A DNA stretch of 62,576 nt from Nitrososphaerota archaeon (GTDB lineage Archaea > Thermoproteota > EX4484-205 > JAAOZP01): NCBI GenBank assembly GCA_011605725.1, contig JAAOZP010000020.1, positions 1-62,576 of the forward strand, given 5' to 3'. The notes beneath the pieces were generated by a model. It was not told the DNA's origin. It was given only the letters and a program-made list of their open reading frames with translations, and searched no databases. The position numbers were made by a program, and so were the translations under genes. This document shows, one piece after another, positions 28,418 through 39,181 of the stretch (its first letter is position 1; each line of letters starts with the position of its first letter).

Positions 28418-28535
28418 GGGCCCGTCGCCTAACCTGGATATGGCGGCAGTTCAGAAAGAAAAAGCCGAACCCTCTATCATAGGTGGAAAATGAAGGAAAG
28501 CTGTAATGATCTGGGTTCAAATCCCAGCGGGCCCG
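28418..28535 (+). tRNA. tRNA-Arg(TCT) with two introns (30/31: 28450-28469; 37/38: 28477-28498) and C at position 33
   Basis: Outer exons identical to tRNA-Arg(CCT) at 61194-61299; perfect CGGC/GCCG BHB for intron 1; mature length 76 nt. Confidence 0.85.
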
Positions 28536-29052
28536 TATTCAATGCCCTACATACTGTTTTTTGAGCATGAGACTCTTATCTTCAAGCCGACTAAGAGCTT
28601 CTGGCATTGGTGAGCTAGACTTTTAATTCTGGGAAGAATGTTACGTCTGAACCCGCTGACAGAAGACTTCTTTGGGGTCGCTATGATTCTGCCCTTCACA
28701 GCCTCAGCAACCGGGTACAGCGTTTTCGCATTATTAACGGGTTGGACGCGGGTCTTCCGGTATGCAGCTGACTATTTGCTGAAGACCTCGTTATACGTCC
28801 TTCTTGGCCTGCCTATGGTGTGTAAGCATTCAGGATCCCAGTGTTTCAAGCCTGCTATAGGCGGGTTCATAGTGAGCGTGCCGAGAATTTATCAGCACCT
28901 TGCTTAACCGTTTTTAACTAGGCTTAAAAGCAGATTAGGAGCCTAGATTCAGCGTTCTGCCGGTTTTTTATTTTTTATGGTGTTTTCAAGGATGATAGTT
29001 AAGTTTTTTACATGAAAATGCTAAATACCGAGGCTTAGGACATACCTCGGCC

Positions 29053-29808
29053 ATGAGCAGGTCGCGGATGGAGCAGGTCAAGAAGAAGATTAACGTGGTT
29101 CACCTGCTTAAAGTGGTTAAAAGCAGGTATACTTATAACGAGCTGTCCCAGCTCACTGGGCTGCCTATCACTGTTCTAGCCAGGTATGCTAATGGGAGTG
29201 TTCTACCATCTGACGAAAGGGCTGACGAGCTCTACAGGATTCTCACGGAGAAAATTCCGCTTGAAGAACTTATTTCCAGTAGGCTTACCCTGGATGAGTC
29301 TGGCTACTTCGATTCTTCACGCGTAATATGGGACGTGAATCTTCTAAGGCTCATCAGCCATAAGGCTGTGATTCCTTTCATGGGTAGGAAGATAGACAAG
29401 GTTATGACGGCTGCAGTAGACGGTATTCCTCTCGCGTCGTTTGTTGCCGAGGAGCTCGACGCCGAGCTTGTAATAGCTAAGAGATATAAGGAGGTCGGAG
29501 TGAAAGATTTTCTTGAAGCCACATACATCATAGGCAGCTCTGCTGTTGTAAGCTCCCTATATATTCCGAAGAATGCCTTGAAGAAGGACGATAATGTCCT
29601 GATAGTTGACGACGCCATTAGGACTGGGGAGACGGACATCGCGTTAATAAGACTAGTTGAGAAAGCTAAGGCTAATATAGTGGGTATTTTCATCCTTATT
29701 GCAACCGGTAAAGATTGGAGGGAAAAGCTTCAGAAGACGACAAACGCGCCTATCTACGTTTTTACGGAGGTAAACCCGAAGCTTTTGGAAGTGGAGCAGA
29801 GGAAGTAG
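29053..29808 (+). CDS. HTH plus phosphoribosyltransferase (PurR/APRT-like regulator)
   Basis: N-terminal HTH (YTYNELSQLTGLPITVLARY); PRPP-binding loop VLIVDDAIRTGET. Confidence 0.88.
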   Translation: MSRSRMEQVKKKINVVHLLKVVKSRYTYNELSQLTGLPITVLARYANGSVLPSDERADELYRILTEKIPLEELISSRLTLDESGYFDSSRVIWDVNLLRLISHKAVIPFMGRKIDKVMTAAVDGIPLASFVAEELDAELVIAKRYKEVGVKDFLEATYIIGSSAVVSSLYIPKNALKKDDNVLIVDDAIRTGETDIALIRLVEKAKANIVGIFILIATGKDWREKLQKTTNAPIYVFTEVNPKLLEVEQRK

Positions 29809-29812
29809 GAGG

Positions 29813-30898
29813 TTGACCCAGTCCACGAACCAGGGGACAGCTCTCGAGGCTAAGCTTCTAACCCTTAAGAACAGGAGTGTTGAGGAGGCTTTATCCGTTT
29901 TCGAAGCGCTTTCCAGTAGGCCGAAACCGCCAGAATGCCCTCTTGTCATTCTGCATAGTAACAAGAGTAAGGTTGTCAGCCTAGGATGTTTCCAACTTGC
30001 TGGCGAGGATTTTCTAACAGGCTTTCTGCATAAAAAGGGCTTGAAATACTTCTTCAGGCTTCACGGTGGAGACTTGATGCTTCACGATGAAAACCAGGTG
30101 GGAATCGCGTTGATAACGCCCGTAGACGAGAAGTATCGAGAAACATATATTTCTTTAATAACCCTGCTAATGAAAAGAAACGGTGTGTTAAACATTAATG
30201 TTACAGACGACTGTATACTGTGTTTCAACAAGGTTCTAGGAGAAGTAATCCATGCAGAGAGGAACGGGGTTTCAAGCTGGTTTGCATTCATCTATCTGAA
30301 GAGGAATTATGAGGAGATGGCTGGCTTAAAATTCTCTAAAGAACAGCTGATTAAAGAAAGGGTTAGTAAGCTTAAGGAGAACTATATAGGGTTAGATCAG
30401 ATTCTGGAAAAACAGGTTTCCGCAGACGCGTTTTTAGAATCGGTTAAGACGGTTTTAACGGATGATCTTGGCTTTAAACTAAAGGGTTTCAAACTAGGGC
30501 TTGGGGAAAAGAAGCTTTTCTGGAAGAATCGAAACATGCTTAAAAACAACCGTATTTCTGAGGCTGTTCAACTGAAGCATTCTGCATTGTTAAAGGAGGG
30601 GGATTCTATCCTTGTTTCAAAAAGATTGATGAACGGCTTCCTGAGAATGCGGCTTAAAATTAAGGATAAGACTCTGGAGAAGATCAGCATATCCGGGAGT
30701 TTTATTTTCGAGCCTTCCGAGAAGCTTAGTGACTTTGAGAAAATGCTGGAGGGTAAAGAGATAGATGAAACCGTTTTAACCGAGAAGGTTACAGAATTCT
30801 TTATTAACGAGAAGGTTAAGGCTTCATTCACAGCATTCGAAATAGTTGAATTACTTTGCGGAGCAGCTGGTGGTCTTAATGAACGTGGAAACAAGTAG
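29813..30898 (+). CDS. Divergent lipoate-protein ligase A-like protein
   Basis: VSLGCFQ, RLHGG, C-terminal ISGSFIFEP..EKMLEG domain. Confidence 0.6.
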   Translation: MTQSTNQGTALEAKLLTLKNRSVEEALSVFEALSSRPKPPECPLVILHSNKSKVVSLGCFQLAGEDFLTGFLHKKGLKYFFRLHGGDLMLHDENQVGIALITPVDEKYRETYISLITLLMKRNGVLNINVTDDCILCFNKVLGEVIHAERNGVSSWFAFIYLKRNYEEMAGLKFSKEQLIKERVSKLKENYIGLDQILEKQVSADAFLESVKTVLTDDLGFKLKGFKLGLGEKKLFWKNRNMLKNNRISEAVQLKHSALLKEGDSILVSKRLMNGFLRMRLKIKDKTLEKISISGSFIFEPSEKLSDFEKMLEGKEIDETVLTEKVTEFFINEKVKASFTAFEIVELLCGAAGGLNERGNK

Positions 30899-31448
30899 AG
30901 AGCCCAGGTTCCCAATCGTGGCTGAAAAAATCCGAGACGAAGTGCATGTTACAGACAGAGATGCTGCAGAATGGCTTGATTCCAAAGGCTACGGTTTCAG
31001 GTTTAGGGAAGACTTTTTAGTGCTCCGCCCCTTCGAAGCCCTATACCTTATGAGTCAGAATAAGCTCGTGCTATACTACAAGTCTAAGCAGTTAATGTTC
31101 AACCAGTACCTTAAGATTCTTGAAAAGACTGATAGTAAGATATGGCTGAGATACTTAATATACAAGGACCTGAGGGACAAGGGGTATGTCGTTAAAGACG
31201 GGTATGGTTTCGACATAGATTTTAAGGTTTATGAGGCTGGCGACTATGGTTTGAAGCCTGCGAAATACCTTGTATACGGTGTTGCTGAAGGAACACCCAT
31301 GCCTGTCACGAAGCTCTATAACATCTTGAAACACTCCTACTCCCTTAGAAAGACGCTGATAGTTGCTACGGTCGACAGGAGGAGTGAAATAGTTTATTAC
31401 ATGCTGTCTTCACTGCTACTGGGTAAAGAGACTAGAGGAGAACAATGA
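30879..31448 (+). CDS. endA: tRNA splicing endonuclease subunit, probably structural (beta) type
   Basis: FEALYL, YKDLRDKGY, DFKVY, RK; the catalytic His position reads Pro (KPAKYLV). Confidence 0.85.
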   Translation: MNVETSREPRFPIVAEKIRDEVHVTDRDAAEWLDSKGYGFRFREDFLVLRPFEALYLMSQNKLVLYYKSKQLMFNQYLKILEKTDSKIWLRYLIYKDLRDKGYVVKDGYGFDIDFKVYEAGDYGLKPAKYLVYGVAEGTPMPVTKLYNILKHSYSLRKTLIVATVDRRSEIVYYMLSSLLLGKETRGEQ

Positions 31449-32752
31449 GAGGAGAAAATCTTACTCTGAGAGGAATGCGGAACCTGCTTCCGGATGAAAA
31501 GGCGAAACTGAACAGGATTGAGAGCGAGATAAGGAGGCTTTTCAAAATATACGGGTTTCAGGAAGTTGAAACACCTACAGTAGAGCCGCTTGAACTCTTT
31601 GAGCTTAAATCCGGGGAGGAGATTCGGCATAGAATGTACAGGTTCACGGATCTCGGCGGTAGGGAAGTCGTTTTAAGGCCTGAGGTAACAGCATCCATAG
31701 TGAAGCTTGTAGTGCAGGAGTTGCGAAGTGCCCCGCTTCCGATAAAAATAGGATATGTGTTAAACGTTTTCAGATATGATGAGCCTCAATACGGGAGATA
31801 CAGGGAGTTTAAACAGGGTGGTTTCGAAATATTTGGGACTAAGAGTCCACTGGCGGATGCGGAGATTCTTGAAATATCTTCAAGGCTGATGGAAGGCCTT
31901 GGGATAAAGAACTACTACATAAAAATAGGGCATGAAGGCATTTTAAGAGCAGCATTAACCAATTTCAGCATTGATGAGAATGTCCAGGATAGAGTTCTAG
32001 GCCTAATAGATAAGGAAAGGCTTGGAGAGGCCTTCGAAATACTCAGTTCTTTCCGAAAAGGTGAGGAAGCAATCAGCATAATCAGGAGTCTGAGGGAGAT
32101 TAAAAGTAAAGATCCGGATGAAGCCTTTAGAAAAGCAGGCGGGGTTTTGAAAGAAATACCTGAAGCGATTGAACAGTTGGAGAACTTAAAGGAGATAATA
32201 GAGCTTGCCAAAGCTAGTAAAGTGGGCGAGTTTCTCGTTGACATGGGCTTTGCAAGGGGTCTCGACTATTACACTGGAATGATCTTCGAAGTTTATGTGG
32301 AAAACCTTAAAATTGCCGTTAACGGTGGCGGGAGATACGATAAGCTGGCAGGTCTCTTAGGATGGGATGTCCCGGCTGTTGGCTGCGCACCAGGAATAGA
32401 CCGTTTAAGCCTTGCAATGGATGAGAAGACTGTTATCCGGGACGACTTGGTGTGCATGATTGTAAGCATGGTTAAGGAGGGCGATATTATCGCAGCGAAG
32501 CTTGCAAGCATGCTGAGGGCGAAGGGAGTTCCAACGTTTGTTGACTACACTAGAAGAGATGTTAGCAAGGCTCTCTCATATGCTTCAAAGAGAAACGTTA
32601 AGTATGTCGCGTTAATCGGAGGCAGGGAAACTGAGGCTGGCACTGTCACCTTGAAAAACATGGAGACGAAAAGCCAGGAGGAACTTAGAGTCGAGCAGGC
32701 TGTTGAAAAACTATCGCCCTATAGTCTTCAGAGGCTCGACACCCATATTTAG
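31445..32752 (+). CDS. hisS: Histidine--tRNA ligase
   Basis: LRPEVTAS, RYDEPQYGRYREF, ARGLDYYTG, GGGRYD. Confidence 0.98.
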   Translation: MRGENLTLRGMRNLLPDEKAKLNRIESEIRRLFKIYGFQEVETPTVEPLELFELKSGEEIRHRMYRFTDLGGREVVLRPEVTASIVKLVVQELRSAPLPIKIGYVLNVFRYDEPQYGRYREFKQGGFEIFGTKSPLADAEILEISSRLMEGLGIKNYYIKIGHEGILRAALTNFSIDENVQDRVLGLIDKERLGEAFEILSSFRKGEEAISIIRSLREIKSKDPDEAFRKAGGVLKEIPEAIEQLENLKEIIELAKASKVGEFLVDMGFARGLDYYTGMIFEVYVENLKIAVNGGGRYDKLAGLLGWDVPAVGCAPGIDRLSLAMDEKTVIRDDLVCMIVSMVKEGDIIAAKLASMLRAKGVPTFVDYTRRDVSKALSYASKRNVKYVALIGGRETEAGTVTLKNMETKSQEELRVEQAVEKLSPYSLQRLDTHI

Positions 32753-32837
32753 CATGAGGTTCACGGCTTTTTGACCTGAGCCTTATCCCATCGGGTTATA
32801 GATTGCGATAAACCAGCTCCTACCGCACACATGTTGG

Positions 32838-33955
32838 CTATCCCTCGGAAAGGAGGTGGAGATTTCCTATTCTAACTTTCTCTAAATGTTTTTTAGCTGC
32901 CTCATAGCATTTGCGAGCCTGTCTCCAGCTGGTTGTGGGAAGATCATCCATGACGTATTGCGGGTAGAAAGCTAAAAGCGTGTATGGTATTTCAGGATTA
33001 ATTTCAGCTATGAATCTGGCAATATTCTCAACCTCAACATTGTCAACATATCCTGGGATAAGTAGCGTGCTGGCAGTTAAAACAGGCACTTCAGGCCGTT
33101 TCTTGAAAACCTCTCACCTATTTCCCTGAAATTATCCAACGAAACCCTGTTCGAAACCCCGCACAGTACTCTGCTAAGGTTTTCATCCCATGTTTTAAGG
33201 TCAAACTTGACAACGCCGCCACTCTTTAGAGAGAGCTCCGCCGCCTTTAAAGCCAAGTTCCTAGACATGTTTCCATTGGTTTCCCAGCATATTCTAAGTA
33301 TACGTTTTTCTTCCTCAGCTTTCTGGAGGGCAATCCGGCTGGTTTCGAGAGCATGCATCATTTGCGTAGACGGGTCTCCACCGAAAAAGCAGATGCATGA
33401 AACACTCCGGTTAACCTTGGAAGCGAGCTCCTCAGAGCCTAAGAGAGGCTTCAGATTTTGAGACATATTTCTGAAATGCCAGTTCTGGCAGAAAAGACAG
33501 TCAAAACTGCAGCTCCCGTAGAACACGGCGAGATTCACATATCCTTCTTCAACACTAGGCTTGTAGGCATACTTAGGGTAGCCTGATCCCGTGCAGCCTG
33601 GGCAGAACCACCATGCGACGCAATTAGTTGGCAGGGGATCATAATACCATTCTAAAAGCCCTTTCTCAGGCGTCCCGCCGAGCCTGGTTAACAGGCCGTT
33701 AGAATTCAAGACTAGGCCGCAGAACCCTTTCTCCCCGGGGCCGATCCTGCAATAGTTAGCACAGGTGCCGCAGGGTAAGCCATCAGGATTCCTGGGAGGA
33801 GCCGGTGGAAGTCCGAAGACCATTCTCGTATCAGCGTGAACACGCTTAGCTATTTCAACAGCCTCATCCGGTCTCCTCCTAACGCATTTTAAACAGACGC
33901 CCAACCGGTCAGCTGTCAGAGGAGACTCGTCTCCACAAATCAAACATCTTCCCAA
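32838..33955 (-). pseudogene. PflA/AmmeMemo-type radical SAM enzyme split by a single frameshift at ~33106-33109
   Basis: CSFDCLFCQN, GGDP, ETNG; one extra T in the T4 run would join both ORFs (GERFFKKRPEVPVLTAS). Confidence 0.8.
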
Positions 33956-34089
33956 CAGTCTCTCCCCAAGTGTTCTCTGAGAGAGAATTTATTTTAAACT
34001 TAAACCTTTGCGTCTAGAAGACTAGAGGTCTTTTTTCAATGTAGAAACATTCTACCATATTCAAACAGGTTGAATATGAAAAATGGAGT

Positions 34090-34320
34090 TTAAGGATTAA
34101 TCTTGAAGTAACGTTTTTCAAAATCAAATATCCTGCCCTTCTCAACTTTAACCCCATCCTTAGTTAGTATCCTGGCTTTTCCCCTCATTCTCTTCATGCC
34201 TCCGTAACCGCCCAGTCTTCCATCGCTGTAGACAACTCTGTGGCATGGTAAGGTATGCGAGGGTTTAACCTTTAGGCAAACCGCTAGCGCACTATGAGGA
34301 AGGAAAATGACTGCAGGCAC
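34090..34320 (-). pseudogene. ogt: Truncated methylated-DNA--protein-cysteine methyltransferase (MGMT)
   Basis: PCHRVV active site and GRLGGY; N-terminal HTH missing. Confidence 0.7.
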
Positions 34321-34478
34321 CGGTTTAATCGTGCTACTTATGCTGAATCAAAAACCATTCGTTTACCGACCTGCTAGTCGCTAGGACTAGCCGAGAATAA
34401 ATTGAAACAGGCTTCGCGGCGCTCAGCTATATACTGGAAAACAAGCCTTATAACCTGTTATGCTTGTAGAAAGCTCCT

Positions 34479-34754
34479 ATGGAGAAGCTTGAGGAGGCAG
34501 TTTTAAAAGCTGTAGACGAATATAACAAGTATAGGAGTCCTGAGGCTAGGGCTAGGCTCATCAGTATTCAGGAGGATAGGCTTACTATTGATTTCGAAGG
34601 AATTTTCTGTCAGACTTGTGGAGTATACGATTATCTTGAAGACTTAATCTATGAGCTTCAGAGCTTCATCGACATGAACATTGAGATTTTAAACTTTAAA
34701 GAGTATGCGCCGGGGAAGATTAGAGTTGAATACGGGTTGAAAAAGACGGGTTAG
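34479..34754 (+). CDS. Small hypothetical protein (CxxC, NifU-C-like fold possible)
   Basis: YNKYRSPEA..FEGIFCQTCGVYDYLED. Confidence 0.7.
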   Translation: MEKLEEAVLKAVDEYNKYRSPEARARLISIQEDRLTIDFEGIFCQTCGVYDYLEDLIYELQSFIDMNIEILNFKEYAPGKIRVEYGLKKTG

Positions 34755-34828
34755 CATAAAATGTTTGAAAGACGGTTGCTCTCGAATTATTCGAAAACTT
34801 TAACTGTTTTTCCCTAGGTTATCCATAC

Positions 34829-36139
34829 ATGTTAACGGTTAGCAGGAAGATGGATCTCCTGAGGTTCGAGTTTATTCAGGCAGCTGAAGAAGGGAAGGAT
34901 GTGGAAAAATACAGGGAGAAGCTGGCTTTGCTCGACGAGTCGAAAACTGGACACAGGGAGCTGGATGAACTTTACGGAGAGATATTGTCCTCGCCCACTG
35001 TAGCTGGTTGGCCGTATGTTGAACCAGACAGCCTAGAGGAAATAAGGAGGTGTGCGAACCCGCCGAAGGATGAGGAGGCTTGGATAAGCAGGCATGAGCT
35101 TCGGGACAGAATGCTGGGAGCCTGGTTTGGAAGAATAGTGGGAAACATGCTTGGGAAACCTGTGGAAGGCTGGCCTAAGAATAGGATAGAAGAGTATCTT
35201 AAGAAGGCTGGATGCTACCCGCTTGACTACTATATTCCGGAGCTTATTCCCCATGTTGAGAAGAGCCTTCAAGAGTACTATAGGGTAGGCGGGCTCCGCG
35301 GAAGCTTGAGCAAGGCTCTGAGGGATGACGATTTGGATTATACTGTATTGGGTCTGCTCCTTTTGGAGAGAAAGGGCTTCAGCTTTACTACGGATGATGT
35401 TGCCGAAGAATGGTTAAACCGGTTGCCCTTCCACCTCACCTACACTGCTGAGAGAGAGGCTTACAGGAACCTTACGCTCGGCCTGAAGCCTCCTGAAACA
35501 GCAACCTTCTGGAATCCTTTCAGAGAGTGGATAGGAGCCCAGATAAGGGCCGACCCATGGGGATACGCGAACCCTATGAGGCCTTGGAGCGCGGCGGAGA
35601 TGGCTTACAGGGATGCTAGGCTTTCTCACGTTAAGAATGGAATCTACGGAGAGATGCTGATGGCAGCCATGGTCGCGTCAGCCTTCTCCGAGCCGGAGCC
35701 GCTGAAGATCGTGGAGAAAGGACTCTCATGCATACCTTTGGAAAGCAGGCTGGCTGAAGCAGTCAGACGCTGCGTCGACCTTTGGAGGAAGCATAAGGAT
35801 TTTGATGCAGCCTACGGGGAAGCAATGTTAAAACATGGGCGTTACCACCCGGTTCACGTGATAAACAATGCTGCAATAGTTGTTCTCGCTCTGCTTTACG
35901 GTGAGGGTGATTTCGGGAAATCCGTGTGCCTAAGCGTGTCCAGCGGGCTTGACACGGATTGCAACGGTGCGACAGTAGGATCCATAGTTGGCGCTATGAT
36001 TGGCTTCAAACGCATACCGGAAAAATGGTACTCGCCCTTGAACAATACGCTGGATTCAGCGTTATCAGGGTTGGGGGAGCTTAAAATATCTGAATTGGCT
36101 GAGAGAATGGTGAAAGTTGTAGCTGAGAACTGGAGTTAA
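34829..36139 (+). CDS. ADP-ribosylglycohydrolase family protein
   Basis: LGKPVEGW, DDDLDY, NPFREWIGAQIR, GLDTDCNGAT. Confidence 0.92.
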   Translation: MLTVSRKMDLLRFEFIQAAEEGKDVEKYREKLALLDESKTGHRELDELYGEILSSPTVAGWPYVEPDSLEEIRRCANPPKDEEAWISRHELRDRMLGAWFGRIVGNMLGKPVEGWPKNRIEEYLKKAGCYPLDYYIPELIPHVEKSLQEYYRVGGLRGSLSKALRDDDLDYTVLGLLLLERKGFSFTTDDVAEEWLNRLPFHLTYTAEREAYRNLTLGLKPPETATFWNPFREWIGAQIRADPWGYANPMRPWSAAEMAYRDARLSHVKNGIYGEMLMAAMVASAFSEPEPLKIVEKGLSCIPLESRLAEAVRRCVDLWRKHKDFDAAYGEAMLKHGRYHPVHVINNAAIVVLALLYGEGDFGKSVCLSVSSGLDTDCNGATVGSIVGAMIGFKRIPEKWYSPLNNTLDSALSGLGELKISELAERMVKVVAENWS

Positions 36140-36181
36140 TCCTATAGTGGGGGACTTTTTCTTCATCTAAATAATGCTGTT

Positions 36182-39181
36182 TCATCCATGCTTTCTATTG
36201 TTCGAGGGAACAGTTGCCTTTGCCGCTTTACCCGCATCCTTTTCAACCTGCTTCTTCCATTCTACGTATCGCAACAGGTCCTCCCTAAGCGTCGTCAGCA
36301 TTTGCCTAGCGCAGAACTTATGGTCGATCTCCCAGCGGCCTGTGGCAGAGTAAGCTAGTGCTCTCAAAGTTTTTCCAGGGTTCTCAGGTATGACTAAGCG
36401 TACCCTGTAAGCCGCCACCCTCTCCCCCCTGTAGCTTAAAAGGATTTCAACACCGTTAATCCTGCCCTTCTCCATTAACGGTGTTGCCTCAGTATATATC
36501 GGCCCCAAAAGCATTGGCGGCGGCCTCTTGGTTAGCGAGGAAACGTAATCGACAAAATAGTTCACGTCATCAACTATTCTTAAGGGTATTACTGATTCAG
36601 CATGATCCTTGAACAGCTTAGCTTCCTCAATCTTCTTGAACATGAACCGGCTGGGCACAACTTTCAGAATGACTTTCCTAGCCGGTATGAGGCCTCCCGC
36701 TAAGGAGGATAATAATGCCACAAGGAAGCTGGCTAGCATTGAGCTGAACACATAGGGTTTCACCAGGCTCACAGGAGTTGAGATGTATGCTTGAAGGAAC
36801 TGGCTTAACACGTATCCTAGGGCTCCTCCTAAGAGACCGTAACTCAAGCCCTCAACGAGCATCAGGAGAGACACGTGGCCAGGGCTAGCGCCAAGGGCAC
36901 TCATGGTTGAGTATTCTCCATGACGCTCGTAGAGCGAACCTAAGAGCGTCATTATGATCATTAGGGAGGAGAGCCCCATTAGGACAAGAAGCTCAGGAAC
37001 ACTGGCGAACTGTTGGAACTCGCCAACTATAAGAAGGCATTCCGTCTCACTACCCGTGCCTAAACATGTTCTGAAAGACTTAAAGATCTGCGTTGTTATC
37101 TGGGCTCCCATTATGGTTGTGAAGTTCGAATCCTTCTCATAACTTGTTTCTAAAAGCCTCTTTGAAAAATCGCTTGAAAAATTACCTTCCAGCAAAAGCC
37201 TGTAGACTGTTAAAGCCTCCGGAAAAGACTCCAAGCTAGTCACTACTATGGGTCCTTCAAACTCGTCCAGCGGAACCCCATCCACCAGCTTTACAGGCTC
37301 TTCCAGCACCGTGCTTACCGTGCTTTCAAAGACGTTTCTGCCCGTGATGATTATGGAGTCGCCTTCTTCTATGCCCAGTGTTCCCGCTAAATCGGCTGAA
37401 ACCGCTGTCCCCTTTAGCGCTGAGGCGTTGGTAGCTATCAGGAAGGCCCTGGTTCTCTTACCGCCTTTAGATACGAGGACTTGCGACGCTGCAACAATAT
37501 ACTTTTTCTTAACTCCCTCCATGCTTGAAAGCCACTTTACCTGCCAATCCGGTATGGGTTCGAAGAACTCTTTTACCAGAACCTCGTTCTTCTGATCCAT
37601 CCCTCTGAAAATAGTGGTGACCGTGGTCACGTGGAAACTGATGCTTAATCCACGGAATTCTGAAGGATAGGCTGCTTCCCTGATGGTTGTCACCGTGCCG
37701 ATAGCCAGAAGGCTTCCTGAGGCTGCGGAAACCACTGCTATGGTGATTATGGTCAGAGTTGCCCGTAACATTCTTTTACGCATACTCTTGACGGCGAACC
37801 AGAAGAGGTCGCTTAGAAGCGTTCCCTTGGCTTCAAGCACCAGCATGCCCACTACTACAAGCGTAAGGGTGGCTGTGAGCAGTGACAAGACTGCGAATGT
37901 TGTTGATAAGCTAGAAATAACTTGTGGGTTAAACATTGCGATAGCCATCTTGGCCTGAGGGATGAGAAGTATTTCCAACAGAATGAGAACCGCGAACAGC
38001 CCTGTGATCACAAGCCTCCTCTTTTTCTCGACTATCGCACCTGCAATAGACGATATGAAGAAGGTAAATGTGATTAGGAAGAGGAACATGGCGATGCAGT
38101 CACTTTTAGCTTGGCTTAAGGCATCTAGAGCATTCTCAGCCTTAGTAATAGTCTTCTCGAATAATCCGGAGCCTGTTTCCAAGTCGCCCTTCTCAAAAGC
38201 AGTCTCGCCCTCCCTGAGCAACATAATGGCATATTCAACTTCTTTTAAATATTTATCTGCGTCAAAACCGACTTTAGACAGAAAGCCTCGTTCCTCGGAG
38301 ACGAAGGATTCTAGAAACTCTTTCAGGCGTCCAACCTCTAAAAGCGCTACACTAGTATTGCTCATTTCGCAGGAAATGGTGATTGGTATCGCTGCGCCTT
38401 GAGGGGTGCGCTCACGCGTAGTGCCATACTTGCTCAGCAGTCCGGCTAGCCTACTGTTCGGGTTCAAGAAGAATATTGTCGTCAAGCCTTCTTGAGGTAC
38501 CGGTACATAATAATTTTTATCATCCTCCCAAATGCCCATTCTCCAGATATTCCCCAGCTCAAAGTAGGCTTCTTCCTCCTTTGGGGCCTCCTTACTTATG
38601 ACTATGAGACATCCGTTTCGCGGCTTCTCTGCTGCCTCAGGCAGAAACGCGCTTCCCTCAGCAGAGATCGTCACACGATTCCCCGATAAGGTTAGCACAC
38701 CGCTAGCGTTAACAGGGATGAGAATGTCCCCTCTACCGTAGCCACGGGGTACTGATATTGTTGTTGAACCAGGATAACCGTTTCCGTAGCCGAAGTTTAC
38801 ATGAATAGTGTTAGCATCACTAACAGCGCAGACTGCCGCCAAACCCATTACGTAGCTTCCTCCGAGGCTTATCGCTGTCGAATATAGGTTTCCCGAGCTC
38901 ACCATAACATAGTTTAACGAATCGTTGAACTGTTTAATTATTTCTTCCGCAGGAGAAGCTGAAACCTGAAACAATGCGTTGCCGAGAGTCACCGTGCCTG
39001 AGGTTATTAGAATCGAGCCTTCTGTTATGCTTCCGGATTTAAGTTCTCCTTCAAAACGAATCTTTATAGGAACAACGACCAAACCGGAGACAGTAATTAA
39101 ACCGTTAAAGAGACTTTCAGAGTTCAGGAGAAGCATCGCTACGAGTAAGCTTAACGCAATTCGAGAGAGGCTTGTTTTCAT
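36182..39181 (-). CDS. Large FtsX/MacB-like ABC permease with extracellular N-terminal domain
   Basis: Signal peptide, multiple TM helices, ERHGEYSTMSALGASP FtsX motif. Confidence 0.8.
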   Translation of the reverse strand: MKTSLSRIALSLLVAMLLLNSESLFNGLITVSGLVVVPIKIRFEGELKSGSITEGSILITSGTVTLGNALFQVSASPAEEIIKQFNDSLNYVMVSSGNLYSTAISLGGSYVMGLAAVCAVSDANTIHVNFGYGNGYPGSTTISVPRGYGRGDILIPVNASGVLTLSGNRVTISAEGSAFLPEAAEKPRNGCLIVISKEAPKEEEAYFELGNIWRMGIWEDDKNYYVPVPQEGLTTIFFLNPNSRLAGLLSKYGTTRERTPQGAAIPITISCEMSNTSVALLEVGRLKEFLESFVSEERGFLSKVGFDADKYLKEVEYAIMLLREGETAFEKGDLETGSGLFEKTITKAENALDALSQAKSDCIAMFLFLITFTFFISSIAGAIVEKKRRLVITGLFAVLILLEILLIPQAKMAIAMFNPQVISSLSTTFAVLSLLTATLTLVVVGMLVLEAKGTLLSDLFWFAVKSMRKRMLRATLTIITIAVVSAASGSLLAIGTVTTIREAAYPSEFRGLSISFHVTTVTTIFRGMDQKNEVLVKEFFEPIPDWQVKWLSSMEGVKKKYIVAASQVLVSKGGKRTRAFLIATNASALKGTAVSADLAGTLGIEEGDSIIITGRNVFESTVSTVLEEPVKLVDGVPLDEFEGPIVVTSLESFPEALTVYRLLLEGNFSSDFSKRLLETSYEKDSNFTTIMGAQITTQIFKSFRTCLGTGSETECLLIVGEFQQFASVPELLVLMGLSSLMIIMTLLGSLYERHGEYSTMSALGASPGHVSLLMLVEGLSYGLLGGALGYVLSQFLQAYISTPVSLVKPYVFSSMLASFLVALLSSLAGGLIPARKVILKVVPSRFMFKKIEEAKLFKDHAESVIPLRIVDDVNYFVDYVSSLTKRPPPMLLGPIYTEATPLMEKGRINGVEILLSYRGERVAAYRVRLVIPENPGKTLRALAYSATGRWEIDHKFCARQMLTTLREDLLRYVEWKKQVEKDAGKAAKATVPSNNRKHG

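Noticed and set aside
28638-28907. Hydrophobic ORF or structural RNA (SRP, RNase P) after tRNA-Arg
   Set aside because: No conserved SRP or RNase P motifs; at best an unidentifiable membrane-gene remnant
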